A DNA stretch of 64,000 nt from Eledone cirrhosa (Eukaryota): assembly GCA_964016885.1 (NCBI GenBank), contig OZ024761.1:9052001-9116000 (forward strand), given 5' to 3'. Positions 42,778 through 59,021 of the stretch are shown one piece after another. A program made the translations under genes and the position numbers. How positions within the stretch are numbered: the first letter of the stretch is position 1; each line of letters opens with the position of its first letter. Under the pieces are notes generated by a model. That model did not search any database. It was not told the DNA's origin and was given only the letters and a program-made list of their open reading frames with translations.

Positions 42778-42845
42778 GATATAGATATATGTATATATAT
42801 CACAATAAAAAGAGAATCAGTGTTGCGACGAATGGAATTTATTGG

Positions 42846-42939
42846 ACATATTACAATCGTTTCTCTGGCGACCAGCTCGAAGCACGATCGATGTGATGAT
42901 CGAACCTGACCCTGAAAATCGCAAGGTCCTCAGATACGT
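42846..42939 (-). ncRNA. Type I hammerhead with a long stem II, in element 42796-42980 (second copy at 37692-37856)
   Basis: acgtat-CTGAGGA...gcgat/gtcgc...GAAA-cgattg-TA-atatgt. The other copy has the palindromic caattg. Confidence 0.7.
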
Positions 42940-43565
42940 ATTGATTCTACGAATCAGATTTTCCGTAGAATCAAGACGTATATATATAAATATAAATATA
43001 GCTATATATCTCTTTATAAATGTATATATACATACATATATGTACATGTACACATACATATATGCATATGTATGTATATATATTAGAGATTAGAACAAAC
43101 ATCACGGGCGCTCTATCTCAAAATTATTTTTGAAAAGCATTAGAAATGCGCAACCGGTAAAAACCTAAAACCAAAACTGAATACTAACCAATACTTATTA
43201 CTAATTTATACTTATTCCTAATTAAACTATTTTTCACTGGGAACAATTTGTCAGCATTTTCTTTTCCTTTTACCAATATATCACAACTCGTGTTTTACAT
43301 CTCTATTCTTTTAAATATATATATATATAAATACATATATATGTGTATGCATACACACACACTCACACACACACATACATATATATATATACACATATAC
43401 ATAGATATATATATACACACATATACATAGATATATATATATATACACATATACATAGATATATATATATACACATATACATATATATATATATATATAG
43501 TTATGTATGTGTACGTATATATGTGTGATTGCGTGTCCACCATTACGTCTTAGTACGTATACATA

Positions 43566-43591
<26 letters not shown>

Positions 43592-43596
<5 letters not shown>

Positions 43597-43778
43597 GATG
43601 AAATTCTACAGGACTAGAACTGTTACATTTTTTAGAAATCATCAGGATTCCTGATGATTTCTAAAGAATGAAATAGTTCTAGTCCTGTAGAATTTCATCT
43701 ATAATAAAACTTTTATACTCTGCTATGTATTGAGTACCTTACTTACTAGTGGTTACCTCCGATTCAACCCGGAATAAC

Positions 43779-43780
<2 letters not shown>
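43592..43780 (+). mobile_element. Fold-back hammerhead element family H2
   Basis: Palindrome 43592-43704 centred just 5' of CTGATGA (43651); tail to 43780. Confidence 0.88.
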
Positions 43781-43847
<67 letters not shown>

Positions 43848-44308
43848 CAACGATGCTTGCAATTTAATACACACACACACACACACACAGATAGATAGAT
43901 AGATAGATGTGTTAATCTTGGCACAGCTGTACATTCTAGCTATCAGCTCCATTGTCTAGCACAATATTTTTTATGTTAATTATGGCGGAAATTAAAGATT
44001 CACGAACCAAGAGAACAATTCGTTGAGTTTGTTACAATTTGCCTGAAGCATTGCTGATCGGAGGAAGTCATTTTACTACTGTCTTTACAGCAGATGAGGC
44101 TTTGTTTTGTTTGAATTTTGTTGCTGTTGTTTGCTGTCGTTTCTGTGTGTATGTTGTGTGTTTTGGTTGTTCTTTTTTTCCTACCTTCTGCTGGTATTTT
44201 TGTGGGGGTGGGGGTGGGTGGGGGGTGGGGGGGTGTCAATGAATGAGATGAGATGTGATGTCAGAATTATAAAATATATGTTTACATGTTTACACCTGTA
44301 TATATTTT

Positions 44309-44396
<88 letters not shown>

Positions 44397-44399
44397 ATA

Positions 44400-44442
<43 letters not shown>

Positions 44443-44648
44443 TTATGAATAATGTATATATATATGTAGATATATATATATATAATATATATATATACAT
44501 ATATATGTATATACACATATATATATATGTATGTACATATTATATATATAATATATAATATATATATACATATTATATATATATAATATATATATATAAA
44601 AGAGTGGGAAATGAAATTTCGTTTCATTTTCTCCGTATATATATATTC

Positions 44649-44739
<91 letters not shown>

Positions 44740-44743
<4 letters not shown>

Positions 44744-45003
44744 AGTTATTCCGGGTTAAATCGGAGGTAACCACAGTAAGTAAGGTACTCAATACATAGC
44801 AGAGTATAACATTTTTAATATAGATGAGATTCTACAGGACTAGAACTGTTTCATTCTTTAGAAATCAACAGGAATCTGGCTTATTCCAGATTCCTGATGA
44901 TTTCTAAAGATCGAGCCAGATTTCTAAAGATCGAGCCAGATTCCTGATGATTTCTAAAGAATGAAACAGTTCTATTCCTGTAGAATCTCATCTATATTAA
45001 AAC
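44740..45003 (-). mobile_element. Fold-back element family H2 with a stuttered junction; hammerhead on + at 44938-44988
   Basis: agattc-CTGATGA-tttctaaagaat-GAAA-cag...ctg-TA-gaatct. Confidence 0.88.
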
Positions 45004-45024
45004 TATATATATATATATATATAT

Positions 45025-45189
45025 AACGAAGGAAATGTGGTAAGGAACCAGATAGACCATAACGCACCAAAGTACTCAATACTTAGGGTAGTAGAGTGGG
45101 TAATAGGAACAAGTATGACCCCGACGGCTAATTCTGGACTGAATTAGCCGTCGAAACGGCCTGAGCTCTGCGTCGGGGTCATACTTGTT

Positions 45190-45194
<5 letters not shown>
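45025..45194 (-). mobile_element. Fold-back element family H1 (also 53767-53914; 3' stub at 54431-54510)
   Basis: Same tail and same inverted-arm end as 30186-30386. Confidence 0.85.
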
Positions 45195-45251
<57 letters not shown>

Positions 45252-45348
45252 TATATAGCTGTGGTTTATCCAAACTATTGAGCCCTTTGCCACGCATTTC
45301 GAAGATTGTGTTTCGTTATTTCGTGGGCTGAAATTCCGATTCTCGATA

Positions 45349-45413
<65 letters not shown>

Positions 45414-46250
45414 TAAACAAATAATGAACAAACAATTCCTTATATTAAACAAAAAAAGTTCACTATTTAACGATCGTTTCTAGGGCATATATGTGTTATA
45501 AATGGTATGCATATTTAACAGATCTATGTACAAAATTATACAAAATTATACAAATTATCAAGATTAAATATACATACCTAACTCATATATACGCCGTCTT
45601 CAGAAATAATGAAGTATATTTATTGATAATAACAACAATTCAAAATATCAGTTCAAAATTGACCAATGAAAACACAAAGGGTTAAAAAGCAGTTTGGTGT
45701 GTGTATATACATGTAAAACCCCACACACATTTTACAATAATGTGTGTATAATCTGTATGTGCATACTAAAAAGATGGATGCAAATAAAAAATTTCAAGGT
45801 TAATATCTCTGTAAGCTTAATGCGCTGATAAGATACGCAATGATACTTATGGAGTCAAGCATATAAATATATTTTTTTCATACTCACACATATCAGTATA
45901 ATCACACATACATGTGCGTATATATATAAAAATATACACATAACCACGAACACACAAACACACACACTCCCCCACTCACATTTATATATGTGGATATAAA
46001 ATCATAAGCAAATAGAAATTAAGTCACTCACATAAACACACTGGTACACACATTTCAAGATCAAGATACAGAAATTAGGTGGGAGGGGGGGGAGGGGTCA
46101 GTATTAGACTGTCAGACCAGACAACCTTAATATAAATGTATCTATAAATTATGAAAAATAAAAAAATAAAAACAATAAAGTATAATACATATAATATAAT
46201 GTACGTACGCATACAGATATACATACACATACATACATGTACGCGCACAG

Positions 46251-47970
46251 GTGTAAATCTTCTGCTTCTTTCCTACAGTTTGATATAGATAATTATTATT
46301 CTTCTATATCACCCATACTCCTGAACAAAGCATTAATATTTGCTAAAAATAGATCTAGTTTAACTTCGGATGACATTAACATTATTACACATGCTAGACA
46401 AACACTTATTGAATTTCAGAATGAATACTGGACCAGAAACACTTATAGTAATCTTTTTGATATTACTATGGGTTCAAGCGATTCTGCCCAAATTACTGAT
46501 CTTGTGGGCCTCTTTCTCCTTTTCAACATAAATGCCTCTTTTCCCCACCTCAAAGGTGGTTTATATCGTGATGACTGTCTTCTACTTTCTAACAACCTTA
46601 GCCTTTCAGAAATCGAAAAAAACAAAAAGCATATTAGAACTTTCCTTAAAGACTATTATAATCTTAATATTACTTTTGAAAAAACAAGTAAAGTAGTAAA
46701 TTTCCTAGATATAACTTTAGATTTAGCTACGGGTATATACCAACCTTACCATAAACCTAACCAAAACTTACATTACATACACTCACAATCTAATCACCCT
46801 AAATCTATCCTTAAAAACCTTGCATATAATATATCACTTAGAATTTCTAACCTTTCTTCTAACCAAGATGTATTTGATAAAAATGCGACCTTTTATAATG
46901 AAGCTCTAGATAGAAGTGGCCACAAAAATAGATTAGAGTATATACCTTCTACTAAAAATACTGAAAGCATACAGCATAATATTACCAACAAACACCAAAT
47001 GAAAAGTACACACCTAAATGCCACCCACAGTATACCCCAAAATACTAAATCTTTTAATATAAAGTATAGTAACCCTCAAAAAACTACTCATCATAAGACT
47101 ATAATAAATATTAATAATAAAACTCCTAATAAAAAAGATAAAACACCTAAATCTACAAATATAACTAAAAATAGTTGTGGTGAGATCATTAACATTATTC
47201 CTCCTAGTAAAAATCATGATACAACATATAAAAATAATAAAAATAATAAACAACATAGAAACCGTAATAGACGAGTTACTTGGTATAATGCTCCTTTTAA
47301 TTTACAAGTTAAGGATAATATTGCTAAAAAATTTTTTTATATCCTTGAGAAAAACTTCCCGCCAAACCACAAATACCATCAAATCTTAAATAGATCTACA
47401 GTTAAATTCTCATATTCTACAACAAATAACATAAAACAAAATATAAGTGCATATAATGCATATAAATGTAAGAAAACTATAAGTATACCACCAGTACATC
47501 AATTTAACAATAATATCTCCTCAAATACAGAATTAACGAAAGGATGTAACTGTAGAAACAAAACAAACTGCCCATTAAAAGGGAATTGTCTTGTTAACAA
47601 CATAGTCTATAAATGTAATGTTAAAACTAAAGATTCTATTTGCTCATATATAGGAGCTACCTCTAACAATTTTAAGACAAGATATAATACCCACAAACAT
47701 AGCTTTAAAAATGCCGCACTGGCTAATACAACATCTCTAGCAGAAAAAATCAATAGTTATAAAAATAAAAATATAAAATATGATTTGACCTGGAGTGTGC
47801 TCAAAAGAGCCACCCCTTATCAAAATAATAGAAAGGAATGTAGATTATGTTCCCAAGAACTATTTGAAATAATGAAGTCTAGGGATATCTTATTAAATAA
47901 AAGACAGGAATTAATTATATCGTGTAATCATAAACTAAAAAAAACATTTAAATATTATAAACCTAATTAA
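46251..47970 (+). CDS. PLE RT (partial), Cys linker and GIY-YIG endonuclease; uninterrupted but 5'-truncated
   Basis: QFDIDNYY, FDITMGS, LYRDD, NFLD, SNHP, CNCRNKTNC (CxCx5C), IVY..YIG..R..H, CRLC..E..LN. The ATG at 46237 lies in the inverted arm and is not native. Confidence 0.9.
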
Positions 47971-48189
47971 TAACATTATTCTAGAATTTAATTTAATTTA
48001 AATGTTAGTTAACCTATAAATTTAATTTAATTAATATTTTATTACAGATGAGAAAATATTATGTAATCATTAATTTTGAAAAACCTTTAAATATTACTAA
48101 TATATATTCAGTAATTTAATTTATAGATTAATTTTAACTTATTTTAACCTTTTATTATAATTTTTTAATTTAGTTTAACCTTTTATTAT

Positions 48190-48228
<39 letters not shown>

Positions 48229-49726
48229 TATAATTCTTTTACAGATAAAATATAACAAAATAATATCATGTATCCTATGACGGAGAAAGAATTTTTAGTA
48301 TTATTGACCTAATTAATATACATTTTGGAAATATATTTATTATTTGGTTTTAGCTTTAATCAACCTAAAACTTTAATTTTAACTTTAATTTGCTTAAAAT
48401 TAGTATCATTGTACAGACAAATTGCAGAATGTCATGTAATCATAGAATGGGAGATGTTTTTGGATATATACCTAGTTAATATATTCTGTGCAAATTTTTT
48501 GAAAAAGATATGTATATCTATATGTATATGTATATGTATGTGTTGTACGTGTATCTGTATGTATATTTATGTGACTATATATGTATGTATGTGTATATAT
48601 ATGTATATATATATATATATATATGTGTATGTATATGTATAGGTATGTGTATGTGTATGTATATGTATATGTGTGCGTATTAATTTTGATTTTTATTTGC
48701 ATATAATTATATTATGCTATTGATGAAATACAATATCTGCTTTATGTATTGTATACCTAATTAACATATACTAATTAACATATACTATTGAAATAAATAT
48801 ATAATTTTTAACTTAGTTAACATATAATTTATATGCTACTACCGATGTAATACTTTATTTTATCTTTATTTTTATTTGGGTTTCTTTTCCCTATTCATCT
48901 CCTAATATTGATACCATAACGTTATTAACTTTAATTTAGTTATAATGTAATTAATAATCTACTACTGTTTGACTTCATAATTCTGCCTCAAATATTATAA
49001 ACCTAACTAATTTACACCTTGGAAATCAATATGTTGACTATCTTTGGTTTAGTTGACATATGATTAATAGTATACTTTTTTATTTTGTGATGCATAGATT
49101 TCGTATTTCCTAGCACTGAAAATATGTTAGGAACATACATTGAATTAAGATATGGAAAATATTATATGTTTCTTGAAACATATATTTACTTTGATCCCCT
49201 TCTCCAAACCCCCCCTTTCCCCCATACTATTATCATCTGTTTTTGTAAGTGTATATGTATGAATATATGTGTAGATGGGTGTCTTTATAGTTTTTTTGGT
49301 ATTTATTTCTAAATATAAAAATACATATATGAGCATGTAAATATGAATGTAAGATTGAGTGTGTATATATGATTGTACATACATATATATGTATATGTAT
49401 GTATATATATGTATTATATATGTACGTGTATGTGAATGTGTGATATGTATATGTGTATGTATATGTATAAATGTGTGTGTATGTGTATGCTTGTATATAG
49501 GAATTTATATGTGTGTATATATATATATATATATGTATATGCGTGTTTGTATGTATGTGTATATGGGTTCTGTATATATTTGTATGTCTCTCTATTTATA
49601 TGTTTATCTTCGTATCTATGTGGTATATGTGTGTGTGTGTGTGCGTATGTATATGTATGAGTTTGTGTGTGTTTGTATGTGTGTGTGTATATGTATATAT
49701 GTGTATTGGCGCACACTCACATACAC

Positions 49727-49757
<31 letters not shown>

Positions 49758-49795
49758 AGTGTGTATGTGTGTCTGTATGTGTGTCCGTGTGTGCA

Positions 49796-49834
<39 letters not shown>

Positions 49835-49858
49835 ATGTATGTGTATGTGTGTATATAG

Positions 49859-49890
<32 letters not shown>

Positions 49891-50039
49891 GTGTATATAG
49901 GTGTCTATGTGTGAATATATGTCTTTATTCGTATGTGTGTATTTATATATGTTTATATTTAGGTGTATGTATGTATGTGTATGTATGTATGTATGTGTAT
50001 GTGTGTGTATGTATATGTGTATATGTGTGTATATATATG

Positions 50040-50070
<31 letters not shown>

Positions 50071-50291
50071 TATTCTTTATTATTATTGTAATATAACTTA
50101 TGTGTATATGTGTATAAGTGAGGTTGTGTATGTATATATACTATGTGTATATATAAGAGTAATGAAATATATATATATATATATATATATATGTGCATGT
50201 CTGTATTTTATGTGTGTGTGTGGATATATATATATGTGTATGTGTGTATATATGTATGTATATATACATATGTGTGTACGTGTGTGTATGT

Positions 50292-50342
<51 letters not shown>

Positions 50343-50451
50343 TGGATGTTTGTATGTGTTTTTATGGTGGTATGAGTGTGGGATATATATGTTTGTGTAT
50401 AAATGTATGTATGTGTATGTATATATATATGAGTCTACGTGTGTGTGTATA

Positions 50452-50502
<51 letters not shown>

Positions 50503-51271
50503 ATGTATGTATGTGTTGCGCGTGTGTGTGTCCGTATTTATATCTTTTTATATGTGTATGTGTATGTTCGTGTAAATGTATGTGTGTGTATGACAGTATA
50601 GGTATGTGTGTATGTATGTATGTATGGATATCTCTATGTGCGCGTACATGTATGTATGTGTATGTATATCTGTATGCGTACGTACATTATATTATATGTA
50701 TTATACTTTATTGTTTTTATTTTTTTATTTTTCATAATTTATAGATACATTTATATTAAGGTTGTCTGGTCTGACAGTCTAATACTGACCCCCCCCCCCC
50801 TCCCACCTAATTTCTGTATCTTGATCTTGAAATGTGTGTACCAGTGTGTTTATGTGAGTGACTTAATTTCTATTTGCTTATGATTTTATATCCACATATA
50901 TAAATGTGAGTGGGGGAGTGTGTGTGTTTGTGTGTTCGTGGTTATGTGTATATTTTTATATATATACGCACATGTATGTGTGATTATACTGATATGTGTG
51001 AGTATGAAAAAAATATATTTATATGCTTGACTCCATAAGTATCATTGCGTATCTTATCAGCGCATTAAGCTTACAGAGATATTAACCTTGAAATTTTTTA
51101 TTTGCATCCATCTTTTTAGTATGCACATACAGATTATACACACATTATTGTAAAATGTGTGTGGGGTTTTACATGTATATACACACACCAAACTGCTTTT
51201 TAACCCTTTGTGTTTTCATTGGTCAATTTTGAACTGATATTTTGAATTGTTGTTATTATCAATAAATATAC

Positions 51272-51426
51272 TTCATTATTTCTGAAGACGGCGTATATAT
51301 GAGTTAGGTATGTATATTTAATCTTGATAATTTGTATAATTTTGTATAATTTTGTACATAGATCTGTTAAATATGCATACCAATTATAACACATATATGC
51401 CCTAGAAACGATCGTTAAATAGTGAA
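51272..51426 (+). ncRNA. Type I hammerhead with a stem II of about 116 nt (mirror copy on minus at about 45459-45613)
   Basis: ttcattattt-CTGAAGA-[long hairpin]-GAAA-cgatcg-TT-aaatagtgaa. Confidence 0.85.
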
Positions 51427-51611
51427 CTTTTTTTGTTTAATATAAGGAATTGTTTGTTCATTATTTGTTTAATATTTTATCTTGACTCTGTATACCGTTT
51501 ATCTTTCACCGAAATTGGATTTTCATTACATCTCTTCTTTCCATGATATCCGGAATACATTGAGTTCTTCATACGGATTGGACACTACCGTAAACTCTTG
51601 GTAGATTTATC

Positions 51612-51676
<65 letters not shown>

Positions 51677-52106
51677 TCCAAGTGAAACACTTGGAATAAA
51701 TTACCTTTTTATAAATTACCCTCTTTTATGATGTCTACCTGTTTTATTAATCATTCTGTATCTACACTCCGGAATCTAGAAGAATCAGAAACCAAGTTTC
51801 TTTAACTGTACTTTTGTAACTCGTTGAGTAACCCCTCACCATACGTCGACTCTATCTAGTGTAGTAATTAACCATTACTGCATTCAGGATAATCCTAAGA
51901 ATTTCTTGCATAACCATATATATATATATATATCTATATATAATTTATATAATTTATATCTATATATAATTTCTAAACAATATCTCTCACCAAAGGTCAC
52001 AGCTGCCATTTTGTCAAGTTATATATTCACTTGTATAGGAACAAAAGTTTTATATAGTCAGAGGATAACCTTTTCAATATACTAGTTATTAATAAATTCG
52101 TTACCT

Positions 52107-52207
<101 letters not shown>

Positions 52208-52273
52208 TTATATATATATATATATATGTAATAAATAAGGTAACGAATTTATTAATAGCTACTATATTGAAAA

Positions 52274-52344
<71 letters not shown>

Positions 52345-52385
52345 TATAAATATATATCTATATATATATACATATATATAAATAT

Positions 52386-52418
<33 letters not shown>

Positions 52419-52430
52419 CATATCTCTCTC

Positions 52431-52477
<47 letters not shown>

Positions 52478-52563
52478 TTATACACATAACAAACACTCAC
52501 ATCAACCACCCACGCAATCAGAGGTACATATATACACACACCAGCAACCATACAATCATATAT

Positions 52564-52656
<93 letters not shown>

Positions 52657-52664
52657 CACATACG

Positions 52665-53396
<732 letters not shown>

Positions 53397-53720
53397 TACA
53401 TATATATATCTGAGTCTCAACTGAATACCCCCCGATCTGAGAGGTAATCGCCATGATGGACAACTAATGTCTTCCCTCCGCCATTACAGCCTCAGAACCT
53501 GGCTCATGTAATTTATTTATGGTGAGATTCCTACCATACATTTTCGACCAATGTCGCCATTACCTTCCCGTACATTAATGTTTCACGTCCAGTAACATTC
53601 TATTTCATTAGATACCATCAAATTACATTAATGACAAAACGAGCTCACGTGCAAGGTTATTCATCGTCAATACACATGCACACATAATTAATTTCTTTGA
53701 TAGTAGATTAATACATTTAT

Positions 53721-53768
<48 letters not shown>

Positions 53769-54124
53769 CGAAGGAAATGTGGTAAGGAACCAGGTGGACC
53801 ATAACGCACCAAAGTACTCAATACTTAGGGTAGTAGAGTGGGTAATAGGAACAAGTAAGACCCCGACGGCTGAGCTCAAGCCGTTTCGACGGCTAATTCT
53901 GTACTTGTTCCTATATATATATATATATATATATAAAAAATATTATAAAAAGGAATAATAGATACAATATACCTATTTTTTCTTTAGTCCCGACTGTACA
54001 GTTTCGCTGGTCACTATGCAAATATGTAATCTCATAGATATACAATCTCACATACTTGTGAAAAATATATGTTTATATATACATGTATATGTATGTATGC
54101 ACATATATTTGTATACCTCTCATT

Positions 54125-54208
<84 letters not shown>

Positions 54209-54226
54209 CGTGTGTGTGTGTGCGTG

Positions 54227-54304
<78 letters not shown>

Positions 54305-54717
54305 AATGTATTAATCTACGATCAAAGAAATTAATTACGTGTACATGTGTATTGACGATGAATAACCTTGCACGTGAGCTCGTTTTGTCATTAATGTAAT
54401 TTGATGGTATCTAATGAAATAGAATGTTACCTACTCTACTACCCTAAGTATCGAGTACTCTGGTGTGTTATGGTCCACCTGGTATCTTACCACACCTTCT
54501 TTGTTTTATATATGTATGTATATATAGAGCAAACATCACGGGCGCTCTCTCTCAAAATTATTTTTGAAAAGCATTAGAAATGCGCAACCGGTAAAAATTT
54601 AAATCTAAAACTTAATACTAACCAATACTTATTACTAATTTTTACTTATTCCTAATTAAACTATTTTTCACTGGGAACAATTTGTCAGCATTTTCTTTTG
54701 CTTTTACTAATATATAT

Positions 54718-54805
<88 letters not shown>

Positions 54806-55219
54806 AAATATTCAACGATAGAATTCAATTGGATACAGAGTCACAATAGAAATATTAAAACAATGAAATTAAACACAAAACTTTTAATTCATAGTAAAAC
54901 CCATTATTTTACGGCAGTACCGGTAGAGGGTCGGACGCCATGCTTTGACGTATAGAGTTACGGTCCTTGCCATTCTGAGTTCAAATCCCGCCGAGGTTAA
55001 CTTTGATGTATGTAAAACATTACAAAATATCATAAGAAATAATACATACGTCTTCACTACCCGCCATCTTGTTTAATATTTCTATTTTGACTCTGTATCC
55101 AATTGAATCATATCGTTGAAAATGTTTGTATTTTAAACTTTGCTTCACGACATCTACTACATACGGATTGCATTGAGTTCTTCATACGGATTAGATCCTA
55201 CCATTGAGCGGTAGATTTA

Positions 55220-55266
<47 letters not shown>

Positions 55267-55520
55267 GTTATTCTGGGTTGAGTCGGAGGTAACCACAGTA
55301 AATAAGGTACTCAATACATTGCAGAGTATAAAGGTTTTAATATAGATGAGATTCTACAGGACTAGAACTGTTTCATTCTTTAGAAATCATCAGGAATCTG
55401 GGTATCAAAAAATAAGTATGGTATTTATAGGTCTCTACAAGTGGTAGGAGAGGGTGGGGAGTGGGATGGGTGTAGGTCATTGGTTGATAGAAAAGGGAAT
55501 TCATTAAAAGCTAATTCTAC
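55267..55520 (-). mobile_element. Family H2 copy without inversion; intact hammerhead on minus at 55349-55399
   Basis: Matches 43646-43780 and extends further 5'. Confidence 0.85.
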
Positions 55521-55551
55521 AAACCTATAGTTTATCTTTATTTTTATTTTT

Positions 55552-55583
<32 letters not shown>

Positions 55584-55594
55584 TATATATTATT

Positions 55595-55662
<68 letters not shown>

Positions 55663-55767
55663 ATTATATATAATATTTGCTCTAGGGTTCTTATATATTT
55701 GATATATATTTATCCTTATCGAGCCCTCTTCAAATTTATTATTATTACTATATATATATATATATAT

Positions 55768-56017
55768 AAAAACAAATAACGAAACGAAATTAGATTTCGT
55801 TTCGTTTGTAACTCACTTTTGTATGACTGACGCTTAAACAATTAAGTTAAAGATGTACATCCATATATGTATACTGAAATACTAGTATGTATACTGAAAT
55901 CACAGTAAAGTGACCAGTGAAAAAAACTTGGTACATCTACATATGTATACGTGTGTGTATTCATATACATACTAGTATTTCAGTATACATATATGGATGT
56001 ACATCTTTAACTTAATT

Positions 56018-56022
<5 letters not shown>
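55768..56022 (-). mobile_element. Fold-back element (arms about 55835-55891 and 55965-56022, 67-bp tail)
   Basis: Inverted arms visible with (TA)n flanks; no convincing hammerhead. Confidence 0.65.
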
Positions 56023-56091
<69 letters not shown>

Positions 56092-56413
56092 ATACATGAT
56101 GGCTGCAACTTGGTTTCGTGTAATGCCATCACTTGATACTTAAGCATGAACATCACAAATATCGCTTGTTAGTCCTGCTAGGGACTTACATATGGCCAGC
56201 AATGCCATGCATCGCAAAAAATGTCACATATCAAGTGATGCCTGTGCTTGAAGCTTTTTTTAAAGTGACAAAAGGCTCCCCTCACTCTCTGAACATTGTA
56301 TGCATTTCCATAAAATGAAGAACTGGTCTATATCATTATGATCTTGCCAAATCAATAGGTGCCAGTAGTTCCAGTTGCAAACATCGAAAGACTGGTGTAG
56401 TGGTTCTGAGAAC

Positions 56414-56976
56414 AATGTGGCTTTGCAGACGACCAATGCAAATTGACAATGGAAAGACACTCCCGCTCGAGTTAGAAGAGAACTATTGACCTCCAGGAGA
56501 AACAGCGACCCCTGATTGTATTCAGCAACTGAAAGAATATGAAGTACACCAAATCCAATGCTTCTAGGGGCAGCCCTGGTTCCTCTTATTTCCGAGTGTA
56601 AACTGGGCCAGATTAGATTAGATTAGATATATAATTGTTTCTACTTTAGGCACAATGCCAGCAATTACCCATTATTATTTTATCGACCCCGTAAGGATGA
56701 AAGGCAAAGTCAACCTCGGCGGGATTTGATTATATATTAGATATATAATGATGTGTTTATAACGTATAGAAAAATGCGGCTTTGCAGACGATCAATGTAA
56801 ATTGACAATGGAAAGACGCTCCCGCTCGAGTTAGAAGAGAACTATTGACCTTCAGGAGAAGCAGCGACCCCTGATTGTATTCAGCAACTGAAACAAATAT
56901 GAAGTACACCAAATCCAATGCTTTCTAGGGGCGACCCTGGTTCCTCTTATTTGCGAGTGTAAACTCGGCCAGATTA
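56414..56976. repeat. About 200-bp direct duplication (56414-56614 and 56774-56976) separated by a SINE fragment
   Basis: Direct comparison. Confidence 0.9.
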
Positions 56977-57301
56977 GTTACATCATTGGATGCAAACGAA
57001 GTCGCATGTTTTATATCAGAGTGACCTTCACCGAGACGGATGTCTTAATTAAGGCTAGGAGCCTCTCGCTCCATAAAAAAAAAAATTATTCGATGGCCAT
57101 TGACTCTTCTGTGGACCAAACAAACTATAAATTATAAAGCTGGACATGATGCAATACCAACCAAACGAGAAATAATGACAACTATAAAGTTTTAAGCTGG
57201 ACACGTTATCATTAATTCGAGGGAAATGATGTATTATTTAATCCTATTTTGAAGATTATAGTAAATTACTTATAATCTCCACATATCTCACTATCTCACA
57301 G

Positions 57302-57394
<93 letters not shown>

Positions 57395-57508
57395 ATATGT
57401 ATATATATATATAGATATGTATATATGTATATATGTGTGTGTATATATATATATATGTGTGTGTATATATATATATATATATGTGTGTATATATGTATAT
57501 ATATAAAT

Positions 57509-57711
<203 letters not shown>

Positions 57712-57719
57712 AATATAAA

Positions 57720-57858
<139 letters not shown>

Positions 57859-58085
57859 CACACACATATATATATATATATATATATTGAAAAAGAGAGA
57901 GAGATTAAAGGAACTACGTATGTCACAGATACTAGTATATAAATCGAGTATTTATCTTGTAGACACACTTACAAACAGCCATATATGTATATGTACACAT
58001 AAACACACAGTAATACTACACAACAGTAACTACACAATCAAATGTAGATACACACACACAACTACGCGATCATATATATATATAT

Positions 58086-58657
58086 AATTGTTTCTACTTT
58101 ACGCACAAGGCCAGCAAATACCCAGTACATTACTGGTATTTTATTTTATCGACCCCGTAAGGATGAAAGGCAAAGTCAACCTCGGCGTAAAGGGACGTAA
58201 CTATATATATATAATGTCCATATATATATATAATTGTTTCTACTATTGGCACAAGGCCAGCAATTACCCAATACATTACTGGTACTTTATTTTATCGACC
58301 CCGTAAGGATGAAAGGCAAAGTCAACCTCGGCGTAAAGGGACGTAACCATATATATATAATGTCCATATATATATATAATTGTTTCTACTATTGGCACAA
58401 GGCCAGCAATTAACCAGTGCATTACTGGTACTTTATTTTATCGACCCCGTAAGGATGAAAGGCAAAGTCAACCTCGGCGGGATTTGAACTCAGATTGTAA
58501 AGGGACGTAACTCTATGCTAGAAAGCATGGCGTCCGACCGTTTAACGATACTGCCAATTCACCGCCCTTAATAATAATTGTTTCTACTTTTGGCACAAGG
58601 CCAGCAATTACCCCAGTGCATTACTGGTACTTTATTTTATCGACCCCGTAAGGATGA
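58086..58657 (-). mobile_element. Array of four SINE family 2 copies and fragments
   Basis: Consensus match; one full-length copy at 58376-58568. Confidence 0.9.
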
Positions 58658-58685
58658 TATATAATGTCCATATATATATATACAG

Positions 58686-58792
58686 ACCAGTAACCACACA
58701 ATCAGATGTATATATATATATATATATGTATACCCATAAAGAAACACACAATCATATATATAAACACACACCAGTAACCACAGAATTAGATG

Positions 58793-58840
<48 letters not shown>

Positions 58841-58978
58841 AACAACCACACAATCAGATGCACACACGCACACACACACACACACACACACATACACCAG
58901 TAACCACACAATCAGATGTACACACACACACACACACACATACACCAGTAACCACACAATCAGATGTACACACACACA

Positions 58979-59021
<43 letters not shown>

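Larger units (their letters stand above)
45405..51613 (+). mobile_element. Young 5'-truncated Penelope-like element (Nematis-like) with an inverted pseudo-LTR of about 845 bp
   Basis: 45405-46249 is a near-perfect reverse complement of 50637-51480; unpaired tail 51481-51613; (TA)n on both sides. Confidence 0.93.
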
